Shown one piece after another: positions 8,981-18,221 of a stretch of 23,026 bases of DNA (position 1 is the first letter of the stretch; each line of letters begins with the position of its first letter). The stretch lies in contig JANMKN010000001.1 in assembly GCA_031372065.1 (NCBI GenBank), positions 1 through 23,026 of the forward strand, given 5' to 3'. Under the pieces are notes generated by a model, which was not told the origin of the DNA, made no database searches, and worked only from the letters and a program-made list of their open reading frames with translations. The translations under genes and the position numbers were made by a program. The DNA is from Abditibacteriaceae bacterium. GTDB lineage: Bacteria; Armatimonadota; Abditibacteriia; Abditibacteriales; Abditibacteriaceae.

Positions 8981-9715
8981 TTATCCATTTACGAACTCAT
9001 TGCCCGCTAAATCTTCGCCGCGTGCCAGCCACAATTTGTGATTCGCGCCGATTTTTTCCGTAAACACTTTGCTACTCGTCGGAAAATAACGCATGGTGTA
9101 ACCGGCGCGACGGCGATTCGATGTGTTGGGCGGCGCGCCGTGAATCAGGCGTGCTTCGTGCAAACTGCATTCGTTGGGCGCCAGTTCAAAAGTGACAGCG
9201 CGGCTTTCCTCCAGCGTTTCCGGCTTGATTTGCGAGCCGAAAATGTTGGCGTTGGTATCCACCGTTTCGTATTCGGAAAAGCCGTTGTGCTGCGTGCCGG
9301 GAATCACTTGCATGGCGCCGTTTTGTGCGTCCACTTCGTCAATCGCCAGCCACAAGGTGCAAATGCCTTGCATCGTGGTGATTTTGCCGTTCCAGTAACT
9401 CGAATCTTCGTGCCACGGCGTGGCTTTGCCGGTTCCGGCGGGCTTGGAAATGAAATGACTGCTCCACAAACCGATATTCGGGCCAACGAGCGGCTCAATT
9501 AAATCCAAAACTTCATCTGCCAGCAGAAATTCCAGCAAACGCGCATCGCGACAGTGCATGATGTCGAGGTTATCTTCGCCATAACGCGCCAGATTTCCCT
9601 CGAAAATTTCTTTCAAGCGCGCGAATTTTTCCGGCACGAAAACCGGCTGATGAAACAACGTGTAACCATCGCGCGCATAGTGCGCGGCTTGCTCTGGTGT
9701 TAAGCGAAATGACAT
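8981..9715 (-). CDS. Phytanoyl-CoA dioxygenase (PhyH) family Fe(II)/2-oxoglutarate oxygenase
   Basis: YARDGY, TPWHED (HxD), LWLAID, NGAMQVIPGT, IHGAPPNTSNRRR; ATG 9715 follows GGAG. Confidence 0.92.
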   Translation of the reverse strand: MSFRLTPEQAAHYARDGYTLFHQPVFVPEKFARLKEIFEGNLARYGEDNLDIMHCRDARLLEFLLADEVLDLIEPLVGPNIGLWSSHFISKPAGTGKATPWHEDSSYWNGKITTMQGICTLWLAIDEVDAQNGAMQVIPGTQHNGFSEYETVDTNANIFGSQIKPETLEESRAVTFELAPNECSLHEARLIHGAPPNTSNRRRAGYTMRYFPTSSKVFTEKIGANHKLWLARGEDLAGNEFVNG

Positions 9716-9730
9716 GAGTTTCTCCAACTC

Positions 9731-10918
9731 TTAGTTTAACGAACCTACTTCCCAAATTTTAACTTGTCCTTCGGTGCCTGCATTCGATATGTCATCACTC
9801 GCCAGCCATTTGCCATCGGAAGAAAAAGAAAGATGGCGCGCATGACCATAAAACAGTTGCAAGCGCTCTTTTTTCTGGATGCTCCACACTTCGGTAGCCC
9901 GGCTCCAACTCACTACTAATAAGCGCCCATCAGGAGAAAACGCTAAAGGCTTTTCGCCCATCCAGCCCACATTTTTATTATCCATTGGCAATGAACTCAA
10001 CAAAGAGCCATTTTGCACCTCATACAAGCATACTTTGTTAATATCCGCCGCAGCTAATAGATTTCCAGCCGGTGAAAAGGCCAGCGCTAAACCATTGGTG
10101 GCATCATCTCCGTTAATCGTGACTTCTATAGTAGGTGCTTTGAATTCAATCGTTTGTAGAACACTTCCATCACTGACACGGCGCAAAACAATATCCAGTC
10201 GTTTTTGCTGAAGCCACTTTGCATCACGGGCGGCGGTTTTCTCGGTATGATCATCACCAAAATACATAATAGCGACGGCAACGGTTTGGGAGTCAGGAGA
10301 AAACGCCGCTCCGCAAACAAAAGGCAAAAAACCGTGTGTATCGGCCTGCAAAATTCCGCCCCATAAACGCTTCTTGCCCACTACTTCGTTCAGCCGTAGA
10401 GCGCCCGGTTTCCAAGGGCCTTCCCTTTCTTCATAGGTCGAAACAAGCATAAAGCGTGCATCGGGCGAAATTCTGACTGTTGGTCGTGCCGGTGTCTTAT
10501 CTGTTGGCGCAACGACGTATTCTCGCCATTTGGCATCATTTAAAGAAAGCCAAAACAATTCACCATCACTGGTGGCATAAATACTTTGCGCGTCGCGCCT
10601 CCAAACGATGGAACCGGAACGAGCGCTATTGAATCGCCCCAGCGAAGTCGGTTTGTCACCTTTTAAATCAGATATAAACCAGCGCCCGATATCATCCACA
10701 ATGGCGAGGCGTTCGCCACGCGGCGCAAATGCGAAAGCCTTCACGCGGCCAATAGGTGTTCGCCCACTATAAACATATTTCGGCACTTGGACTATCATCT
10801 CCGGCACATGAGCGCGGCGGCGCAGATGATTGATTCTGAACAGAGATGCTGTCAGCGCAACAAGAAAAACTAAGGCAATGAATATCGCTGTCCGTTTCCG
10901 CTGCTTCAAATTTCCCAC
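9731..10918 (-). CDS. WD40-like beta-propeller protein with N-terminal membrane anchor
   Basis: Repeated AFAPRG, ISPDA, AFSPDS, AFSPAG, AFSPDG, SFSSDG blades ending VKIWEV; GTG start overlaps the upstream stop. Confidence 0.82.
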   Translation of the reverse strand: MGNLKQRKRTAIFIALVFLVALTASLFRINHLRRRAHVPEMIVQVPKYVYSGRTPIGRVKAFAFAPRGERLAIVDDIGRWFISDLKGDKPTSLGRFNSARSGSIVWRRDAQSIYATSDGELFWLSLNDAKWREYVVAPTDKTPARPTVRISPDARFMLVSTYEEREGPWKPGALRLNEVVGKKRLWGGILQADTHGFLPFVCGAAFSPDSQTVAVAIMYFGDDHTEKTAARDAKWLQQKRLDIVLRRVSDGSVLQTIEFKAPTIEVTINGDDATNGLALAFSPAGNLLAAADINKVCLYEVQNGSLLSSLPMDNKNVGWMGEKPLAFSPDGRLLVVSWSRATEVWSIQKKERLQLFYGHARHLSFSSDGKWLASDDISNAGTEGQVKIWEVGSLN

Positions 10919-12732
10919 AACAATTCGCCGCCTTTGCGGATGCGGATTTCGATGTCACCTTCCATGCCCAGCACATCGTAAACCGAAAGCGAGGGCGCGT
11001 GCTGCCACCACACATCGTTGATGGCGCGGCCCACAGCGTCCACAATTTCTTGATCGCCGGGAAAAACGCCGAGTCCCAAATGGGCTTCGCCTTCGCCAAA
11101 GCGCAAAATGAACCACCACACTTCGCGCACGCCGGTATTTTCGGCGCTTTCGGCAATCGCTTGGCCCACCGCAGCCAAGAGTTCGGTGGGCGGCTCTTCG
11201 TCCTCGTCGGGCAGGCGAATTTCGACTTGCGTGCCTTCTCCAATGACGGCGTGTTCTTCGTCAATTGGCACGCCGCCAGTGGCTAAAAAGACTAAATTGG
11301 AAAGGCCCAGCGCATACGGATGTGGCCCGCCGGGATTGATAACCAAAGCAGCGGGCGCGGCTCCGGCGTCCGTCCATTGCCCGGCCATTTGCGCCAAAGC
11401 GCGACACAAATCGCCGCCCGAAAGCACTACGTTATGCTCTGGCACTTCGCCGAAAAAAGCACGCTCGGCGTCCTCGTCGGTGAAAGCCACCAGACCCGTT
11501 TGATTGCCGATGCCTTCGAGCAAACCGGAGCGCAATGACAAACTCGCGCCGCCACTTTCCCCTTCTTCCGGCTCGTGATTGAGAGGCACCAAAAGCCAGC
11601 TATCCATGAAAGCGCGATAAACCATTTCCGTCGCTTCGAGCGGCACCGCATCGCCGCGCGCATCCCAACGCGCCGCGCGGTCAAGAGCGCCGCGCAAATC
11701 GTCGTTTTGTTCTTCCCAATCGCTGGGCGGCGCGGCTTCGATTTCCTCATCCAGCCACGGTTCAAGCTGTTCGGCCAGTTCTGCATCACGCTCACGTAGC
11801 GTTTCCCATTGTGCGCGCGCCGTTTCGGGGTCGTCCAGCGCCAAATAAGCTAATGTCAGCAAGAAAAAGGTGCTTGCACTACTTAAATCTACCTGACCGG
11901 GCTGTTGATTTTGCAGCCAATCGTCCAAAACGAGCGGCGTTTCGATGTGGTTTTCATGCGCGTAAACATGACCGATTAAAAAGAGCGCGTCGGTGAAATC
12001 GGGGTCAATTTCGAGGGCGTGTTTAAGTGATAAAATCGCCGCTTCGTGTCGTCCGGTGCGCGTGCAGGCCAAGGCCATATTCCATAGCGCGTGCTGATCG
12101 TCGGGATCAATTTCAAGCCCGTCCGTAAAGGCCCACACGGCGGCTTCGTTTTGGCCGCGCGCCGCCAGATGGATGCCTTTCATCCAATGCGCGACGGGCA
12201 CTTGCGGCGCGCGTTGAATAAGCTGCTCAATAACTTCTAATGCGCCGTCATGATCGCCGCTTTGTCCGCGCTGCACGGCTTCTTGATACAGTTCTTCCAG
12301 TTCGGCATCGTCGGCGCTCATCGCGGCGGGGCGCACTTGATTTTCTTCGGCAGCGATTTCGGCGGGCGACGGTTCTTTTACCGCCAGCAACGTGGTCCAA
12401 ATCTGATGATACGCCGCGCTTTTGCCGCCTTGATCGGGCAATTCGCCGATGCGATTTTTGAAGTTAGAATAATCAATGGAGGCGCCGAGAGAACCCAACG
12501 CGCGGCTCCAATCTTCGGCATTTAAAATCATGCGATAGCGATAATCAGTGCCCGCGTTTTCGAGAATTTCGTTATCCAGATGCGCCAGTGCCTTGAGAAT
12601 TTCAAGGTCGTTGCGCACGCGCGAGCGCACCAAATAATTTTCGTCGTCATCGTTGTCATCGTCGTGCGCTGCGCTTTTTCCAGCGCTTTGCACGACTACA
12701 GAATAAAAACCGTATTGGGTAAAAAGCCACAT
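10906..12732 (-). CDS. Multidomain protein: uncharacterised N-domain + TPR repeats + SseB-like N and C domains
   Basis: TPR patterns (GLEIDPDDQHALWNMA, ALEIDPDFTDALFLIG); SseB-like WLLVPL...LVAFTD...LVINPGGP; very acidic. Confidence 0.72.
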   Translation of the reverse strand: MWLFTQYGFYSVVVQSAGKSAAHDDDNDDDENYLVRSRVRNDLEILKALAHLDNEILENAGTDYRYRMILNAEDWSRALGSLGASIDYSNFKNRIGELPDQGGKSAAYHQIWTTLLAVKEPSPAEIAAEENQVRPAAMSADDAELEELYQEAVQRGQSGDHDGALEVIEQLIQRAPQVPVAHWMKGIHLAARGQNEAAVWAFTDGLEIDPDDQHALWNMALACTRTGRHEAAILSLKHALEIDPDFTDALFLIGHVYAHENHIETPLVLDDWLQNQQPGQVDLSSASTFFLLTLAYLALDDPETARAQWETLRERDAELAEQLEPWLDEEIEAAPPSDWEEQNDDLRGALDRAARWDARGDAVPLEATEMVYRAFMDSWLLVPLNHEPEEGESGGASLSLRSGLLEGIGNQTGLVAFTDEDAERAFFGEVPEHNVVLSGGDLCRALAQMAGQWTDAGAAPAALVINPGGPHPYALGLSNLVFLATGGVPIDEEHAVIGEGTQVEIRLPDEDEEPPTELLAAVGQAIAESAENTGVREVWWFILRFGEGEAHLGLGVFPGDQEIVDAVGRAINDVWWQHAPSLSVYDVLGMEGDIEIRIRKGGELLWEI

Positions 12733-12738
12733 TTTGAA

Positions 12739-14541
12739 TCAATCAACTCGCTCAACTGTCACTAAAAAAATCAGCGCTGTTTGACCTTTAGCGTCGCGGC
12801 GCGCCGGCAGGGGCGCAAACAGGCCGCGCCGCACTTCGCTGTCAAATTGCGATTCCAAACCAGCCAAAATTACGGCGTCGCCGGGGCGTAAGCGCACTGT
12901 GGTGTCCACATTGCGCAGGGCAAGCGTCGGCAGGCCGCTGCCGTCTTCGATTTCGACCACGCTGGAAATTTCAGGGGTCAAATGCAGCAAAATCTCCGCA
13001 TCTTTTTCGCGCCCGCCCACCAGCGGCGCGACGCCTAACGAAAAGCCAATTTGAATGTCCAACGCCTGCGCCGTTTGTTGGCCGCGCACGCGCCGCAAAA
13101 GGGTGACAAAGCGATTTTGCCCGCTGAAAAGCAAGCCTTTTTCGCCAGACGCGATCTGCATAAATGGTTTAGCTAACAGTTTCGCGTGGTTTTGTGTTTG
13201 CAAGGCAGTAAGCGTGGCCGAAAGCGATTTCGCTGTCGCTTTATTAATGACGAGCGCCGCTTCACCTGTGCCTAAATTCAAAGCGCCGCCCAGACGACTA
13301 TCGCCTGAATTAAAGGCGGCGCTCATTGCCAAATCGAAACTCGCGCCGCTGCTGATTTCCCACGCTGAAGCCTCGACTTTAACTTGCGGACGTGGCACAT
13401 CCAAAAGGGCGATGCTCTTGGTGATGCGCTCAATTAAAAACGGCGAACCTGTCGCCAAAAGCGCGTTGTTTTCGGCGTCCACGCGTAGGCGCGGCAACAG
13501 AAAATCGGGAAACAAAAGCCGCGCACGTTCAGGCGCGATGTGGTTCAAAACAAGGCGCTGCGTCACGTCTAAATCAACACCATGCCCGATTTCCCACGCG
13601 CCGTTTTTTTCGCCTTCGGGCGGCGGGCGTTCATTAAAACTTAGGCTATAAGCACGCGCCAAAATTTCGAGAAATTCGCGCGGCGTGGCCGAAGGCAAAA
13701 GCAACGTAATATCGGTTTCGGCGCTGTCGGGCCGCACAATAAACGTGGTTTGCGTGATGCGCGCCGCTGTATCCAAAACGCGCCGCAGCGGATTGTGCAA
13801 AATATCAAAACGAAACGCGCCCGGCGCGTCGGCAGCCGTGATATTTAAGCGCCGGTTGATCTTTTGCGGCGCGCGACGCAAGCTGGGCGTTTGCAGCGAA
13901 CCAACGCGATCTGAAATCACCGTAATCACCACCGAACGCCTGTCGCGGCCCAGTTCGATGCCGACACCTAACGCATCCAAAACATCAGTAAAGTTGTAGC
14001 CGCCGCGCGCTTCCTCATCATCGGTGCCAATGTCGCCCGAAGCGCCAAACGGATTGATTTTTTGCAGCAATATCGGCACATAAAAACGCAATTCGACATC
14101 GGTGGACGGATCGTCAGGATTGGGAGACGCGGATAGAAAAGGCGATTGTAATTCATCGCGTCCCGGCGAAACATAAGCGCCATCCACCGGGTAAGCGCCG
14201 ACTTCGTTGAAGGCTGGAAGTTTGGAGCGCGCTTTCAAAAAGCGCAGACGCAAGCGCGTCGTGCGGCGCGGCAGAAAACGTCCATTGGCGTCTCTGTCAA
14301 AAACCTCATTTAAATCAACACCAAATTGCACCACGCCATCGGTGCGAATAATAATCTGCACCGCGTTAGGCAATACGCGCGATTCGATGCGGTTGACGTA
14401 GTAAAAATTCTTCGCCAGTTGCGCGCGGGCAGGGCAGGCGAAGCAGGCGAAAAAAAACAAAAATAAAGGCAGGGCCTGCCACGCCCAAAATGGCATACGC
14501 TTTGGGGCAGGACAGGACAGGCCCCAACGGATTTTGGTCAC
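12739..14541 (-). CDS. Divergent secretin-family outer-membrane protein with an extra N-terminal (AMIN-like) region
   Basis: Signal peptide; N0-like segment; N3 segment (VDAENNALLATGS...IALLDVPRPQVKVEA); barrel motifs AKLLAKP and RNVDTTVRLRPGDAVILAGL. GTG start overlaps the upstream TGA (GTGA). Confidence 0.82.
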   Translation of the reverse strand: MTKIRWGLSCPAPKRMPFWAWQALPLFLFFFACFACPARAQLAKNFYYVNRIESRVLPNAVQIIIRTDGVVQFGVDLNEVFDRDANGRFLPRRTTRLRLRFLKARSKLPAFNEVGAYPVDGAYVSPGRDELQSPFLSASPNPDDPSTDVELRFYVPILLQKINPFGASGDIGTDDEEARGGYNFTDVLDALGVGIELGRDRRSVVITVISDRVGSLQTPSLRRAPQKINRRLNITAADAPGAFRFDILHNPLRRVLDTAARITQTTFIVRPDSAETDITLLLPSATPREFLEILARAYSLSFNERPPPEGEKNGAWEIGHGVDLDVTQRLVLNHIAPERARLLFPDFLLPRLRVDAENNALLATGSPFLIERITKSIALLDVPRPQVKVEASAWEISSGASFDLAMSAAFNSGDSRLGGALNLGTGEAALVINKATAKSLSATLTALQTQNHAKLLAKPFMQIASGEKGLLFSGQNRFVTLLRRVRGQQTAQALDIQIGFSLGVAPLVGGREKDAEILLHLTPEISSVVEIEDGSGLPTLALRNVDTTVRLRPGDAVILAGLESQFDSEVRRGLFAPLPARRDAKGQTALIFLVTVERVD

Positions 14542-16064
14542 GGCTTGCGCTCCGCTGGAGGAGTATTTACAGGCGGCAAAGGCAAAGTCGAACCACGCGT
14601 GCCGGGTGGCAATTCCAATGGTTTTTCGTTGCCTTCGCGCAATTCGGCAGGGATTTCAATTGGCGCTGAGGGCGGCAAGGCGCGGCTTAAATCGCCATTG
14701 ATAAACGTGTCTTTGAGGGCATTTTCTTCGGCTTCGGGCAAATGCCCGGTGTCCGACAAAATGCGCGGCGTAATAAGCAAAACCAGTTCAGTTTGCGCGC
14801 TGCGCACATCCTTGCTTTGAAAGAAGGCCTTGCCCAAAATGGGAATATTGCCGAGCAGCGGGATTTTGGTTCTGACCACGCGCGTTTCCTGCTGCCGAAG
14901 GCCGCCGATGACAATGGTTTGCCCATCGTTGACGCGCACAATGGTGTCGGCAGTGCGCGTGCTTTTTTCGGGCAAGCGCGTTATCGGATCGGGCGCCGAA
15001 AGCGTGGAAACTTCGGCGTCCACATCAATAAGAACCTGCCGCTGCCCGCCCGTATACGGTGTGATATTGAGGCGCACGCCCGCATCAATAAAGTTGGATG
15101 ACCGACCGTTACTGTTTTCAATTGGCTGAATGACATAACGCTGGCGCCCGACGAAAATCGAAGCGCGGCGGCCCGAAACCGTGGCGATGCGCGGCTTGGC
15201 CCGCACGCGCGCTTTGCCTTTTTCTTGTAACGCCTGCAAGTTCAAACGAAACAAATCCGGCAAGCTGTCAAAGGCGCGAAAAGACAAAGTGCCGCTGCGA
15301 TTGTCGAAGCCGCCGCCATGCCCAGAGTTGTTGTAAGTGAGGTTCAAACCGAGTTGGTCCAGCGTTGTATCAGTCAGTTCGATAAGTTGCAATTCAATAA
15401 GAATTTGCGCGGCGGGAATATCGAATTGCGCGATGTCTTCGCGAAATTTCGCCAGCACTTCGGTGGGCGCCGAAAGCACCACGGCGTTTTGTTCGGCGTT
15501 GACTTTTACATAATCCTGCAAAAACACCGGCAGCAAATTGCGCGCGTTGGCAGCGTCCACATATTTGGTGGGAATCGAATCTATATCCGAAAGCAAATAA
15601 CTCGACGGCGAGCGCGGAATACCTTCGGAAATCATCACCACATTGCCAACTTCCGCCGAAGACAATCCATAGGCCGAAACAATATCGTCCACAATTTGCC
15701 GCGCTTTTTTATCATTGATGTTGACGGTTATCGAACGCGACACCGTGTCATCCACCACAAGGCGCAAATTCGCTTTATCAGCGATGGCGGTGAACAATTC
15801 CTGCGCATCCACGGCGACAGCAAAAACAGACAGCGCCGCCGAAGTGCCTTTAACCAAATAAGTGCCACGCGTCGGCAAAACCGGCGGCGCAACAGGCACA
15901 GCGGCAACCGGCGGCACTTGAGGCACGGGAACAGCGACAGGCGGAATTGCATTTGGCGCTTGAGCCAAAACCGGCGCACCAAAAAGGCACGCCACAACGA
16001 GAGGAGATAAAAAACGCGGTAGGAACACGAAAGCAGTGTGACAAACCCACGCCTCGCAAGACAC
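14538..16064 (-). CDS. Secretin (GspD/PilQ-like): N0 + N3 + secretin domain
   Basis: QFDIPAAQILIE, GKARVRAKPRI, AGVRLNITP, VNDGQTIVIGGL, KIPLLGNIPILG, TELVLLITPRI. Start uncertain (GTG 16064 or 16028). Confidence 0.92.
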   Translation of the reverse strand: MSCEAWVCHTAFVFLPRFLSPLVVACLFGAPVLAQAPNAIPPVAVPVPQVPPVAAVPVAPPVLPTRGTYLVKGTSAALSVFAVAVDAQELFTAIADKANLRLVVDDTVSRSITVNINDKKARQIVDDIVSAYGLSSAEVGNVVMISEGIPRSPSSYLLSDIDSIPTKYVDAANARNLLPVFLQDYVKVNAEQNAVVLSAPTEVLAKFREDIAQFDIPAAQILIELQLIELTDTTLDQLGLNLTYNNSGHGGGFDNRSGTLSFRAFDSLPDLFRLNLQALQEKGKARVRAKPRIATVSGRRASIFVGRQRYVIQPIENSNGRSSNFIDAGVRLNITPYTGGQRQVLIDVDAEVSTLSAPDPITRLPEKSTRTADTIVRVNDGQTIVIGGLRQQETRVVRTKIPLLGNIPILGKAFFQSKDVRSAQTELVLLITPRILSDTGHLPEAEENALKDTFINGDLSRALPPSAPIEIPAELREGNEKPLELPPGTRGSTLPLPPVNTPPAERKP

Positions 16065-16117
16065 GAAATCTTTCTATGTCATTGCTAATCGCTATAACCG
16101 AGACCGCCTTTAAGCAG

Positions 16118-16306
16118 GTAAAGCCTTATACGAGCGCTGTAAACCAGCTTTCGAGGCTCGTAAACCAACTTTCGAGGCTCGTAAACCAACTTTCGAGGCT
16201 CGTAAACCAACTTTCGAGGCTCGTAAACCAACTTTCGAGTGGCGAAAGCCGCCTTTCGAGGCGCGAAAGCTGGTTTACGAGCCTCGAAAGCTGGTTTACA
16301 AGTGGC
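16118..16306. repeat. Intergenic 21-bp tandem array with inverted terminal units
   Basis: GTAAACCARCTTTCGAGGCTC at 16139, 16160, 16181, 16202 and (variant linker) 16223; a transitional unit at 16244; reverse-orientation units at 16265 and 16286; a degenerate unit at 16118. Confidence 0.95.
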
Positions 16307-16344
16307 GTGGCGTCTTTTCTTGCAAGATGCGTTACGGCGCAGTT

Positions 16345-18207
16345 TTACTTCGCTTGACGCGGCGGTTTTTTGCCGTCGCCTTCGTTTGCTAAATCTTTGC
16401 GCTGCCAGACGCGGACGTAATCAATGAGGAAATCGGCGGGCAGTTTTTTTATATCAAGCGCATCGTTGTCCCAGCCGCCCATCGGCAGCGTGAACATGAG
16501 AATTTCCGGCACATTCGAAATGCGCGTGTCTTCCCAGCGCGCCAGTTCGACGCCGTTGCCATAATACACCGCGAGGCCCGGCGTCCACAGCAAACCGGCG
16601 GTGATATAGCCGTCTTTATCGGGCTGCACATACAATTTATCGGTGCCGATGGACTTGTGATCTTTGCCGTAACCATCGTAGTGCATGGCGATGTTATAAC
16701 GGTTTGGCCCCCAGCGCGTGAGGTGTTCCATGATGTCGAATTCCATGCCGCCATTGCCGGTGTCTTGACGGAAATTTTTCACATCGTCCCCGCGTCCCCG
16801 GTCGGGCATCATCCAAAAGGCGGGCCACAAACCGGGCGATCTGGGCAGTTTCATGCGTGCCTCGAAATAGCCATAGCGCTGCGCCCATTTATCGAAAGTG
16901 TGCAAATAACCCGACTGCCAGTCGGTTTGATTTCGCTTCGGATCGTCGTTGTGAAAGCCCGTCTTTTTCTCGTAGCGAATTTTCGCAGCGCCATTTTCAA
17001 TCAACACGTTGTCTTTGCTGAAATGGCTTTGCTTGTCCCAATAATTTTCGCCCAGAACTTCCCAAATCGAAGTGTCCAGCGGGCCATCGAAATTTTCGTC
17101 CAACGTTTTCACCCAATCGCCCTCCACCGGCGGGCGCTGACCAAGCCAAACGGGTAATTGCAACGTAGGCAAATCGGCCTTGATGGATTGCACTAACAAC
17201 GTGCGCTCGGCATCGGCTTTATCGGCTTCAATCACCAGCGCCGACACCGCGTCGTTGTTAATTTTGTTGAGTTTTTCTTTGCCAGCCAGATGGTGCGAAG
17301 CCGCATCGGAAAACGGCACGACGACTTCTTTTTGCGTGCCTGCCTCAAGCGTTTGCGTCACCCAATCGGACGGGCCGCCGTTGCTTTCGAGGCGCAATTT
17401 GGCCGTGATGGGCGTCGCGCCTTCGTTTTTGAGTAGCACGCGCAGTTGCAGCGCTTCGCGCAAATCCCAGCGGCCTTGTAGCGGCTTATAAGTCATGCGT
17501 TGATCGCTCTGATTAGCCGGAAATTGAATGCGCAACGCACCGTTGTCCAGCGAGGGCAGCGTGTTGTTCATGACAATAGAAACTTTTGGTTCTATACGCC
17601 TGCCAAGCAGAAAACCGTTTTCGGGTTTTATGCGAATAGAATCGGGGTCAACCGGTGGTTTTTCGCCCGCTGGCCCAGCGGCTTGCAAACTTTCGATGCG
17701 GAATTTCTGCACAACGTCCGATTTCCCAGCGAAAAACAGCACATTCGAAACCGCTTCGGGTCTAAGCGCATAATTTGGTTTCTTGCCGTAAGCGTAACCG
17801 AAAATTGTGCTAACGGTGCCCGCTTCGCCCGGCTTGAGAAACACGCTTTCGGTATTCCACGGATTGTCCTGCCAATTGCCCGCGTTGTCCACGCGCAAGG
17901 AAATGGAAGTGGCTTTTTCACCAAGATTAACAAGCCGCGCTTCGACATGGCCGAATTTCGACAAATCCCACGCGCCGCCTTCGGGTTTGAGGCTCACGCC
18001 GGGATAACCTTCTTCGCCCGGCGCAATCGTCACAATTACGCTGGCTGGCTCTGTGCTGCGCGTTACAGTGATCTGCGCCGAACTGGGCGTCAGCAGTTTT
18101 TCGGCGCCCTCTTTCATTTCCAGCAAGGGTTTGGGCGCTTCATCCGCAAAAACAACAGAAGCGAAAAGCGCCAGCGCGGCGCACAGGGAGAAAGTTTTGA
18201 ATTGCAT
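16345..18207 (-). CDS. Secreted glycoside hydrolase family 16 protein with N-terminal CBM-like beta-sandwich domains
   Basis: Signal peptide; QRYGYFEARMK, GLWPAFWMM, catalytic EFDIME (ExDxxE), DYVRVWQ; two similar N-terminal segments (WDLS.F / WDLRE). Confidence 0.9.
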   Translation of the reverse strand: MQFKTFSLCAALALFASVVFADEAPKPLLEMKEGAEKLLTPSSAQITVTRSTEPASVIVTIAPGEEGYPGVSLKPEGGAWDLSKFGHVEARLVNLGEKATSISLRVDNAGNWQDNPWNTESVFLKPGEAGTVSTIFGYAYGKKPNYALRPEAVSNVLFFAGKSDVVQKFRIESLQAAGPAGEKPPVDPDSIRIKPENGFLLGRRIEPKVSIVMNNTLPSLDNGALRIQFPANQSDQRMTYKPLQGRWDLREALQLRVLLKNEGATPITAKLRLESNGGPSDWVTQTLEAGTQKEVVVPFSDAASHHLAGKEKLNKINNDAVSALVIEADKADAERTLLVQSIKADLPTLQLPVWLGQRPPVEGDWVKTLDENFDGPLDTSIWEVLGENYWDKQSHFSKDNVLIENGAAKIRYEKKTGFHNDDPKRNQTDWQSGYLHTFDKWAQRYGYFEARMKLPRSPGLWPAFWMMPDRGRGDDVKNFRQDTGNGGMEFDIMEHLTRWGPNRYNIAMHYDGYGKDHKSIGTDKLYVQPDKDGYITAGLLWTPGLAVYYGNGVELARWEDTRISNVPEILMFTLPMGGWDNDALDIKKLPADFLIDYVRVWQRKDLANEGDGKKPPRQAK

Positions 18208-18221
18208 GATTTTGTTGGCAT

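Noticed and set aside
12739..16064. Naming the secretins gspD or pilQ, or calling a complete T2SS/T4P locus
   Set aside because: No ATPase, platform or pilin genes are present to assign a system.
16118..16306. CRISPR array
   Set aside because: Units are directly adjacent with no unique spacers, and no cas genes are in the window.
15947..16357. ORF encoding (VNQLSRL)n heptads, resembling a coiled coil
   Set aside because: It is the translation of the 21-bp DNA repeat, antisense to and overlapping both flanking genes, with no clear RBS. A small peptide cannot be fully excluded.
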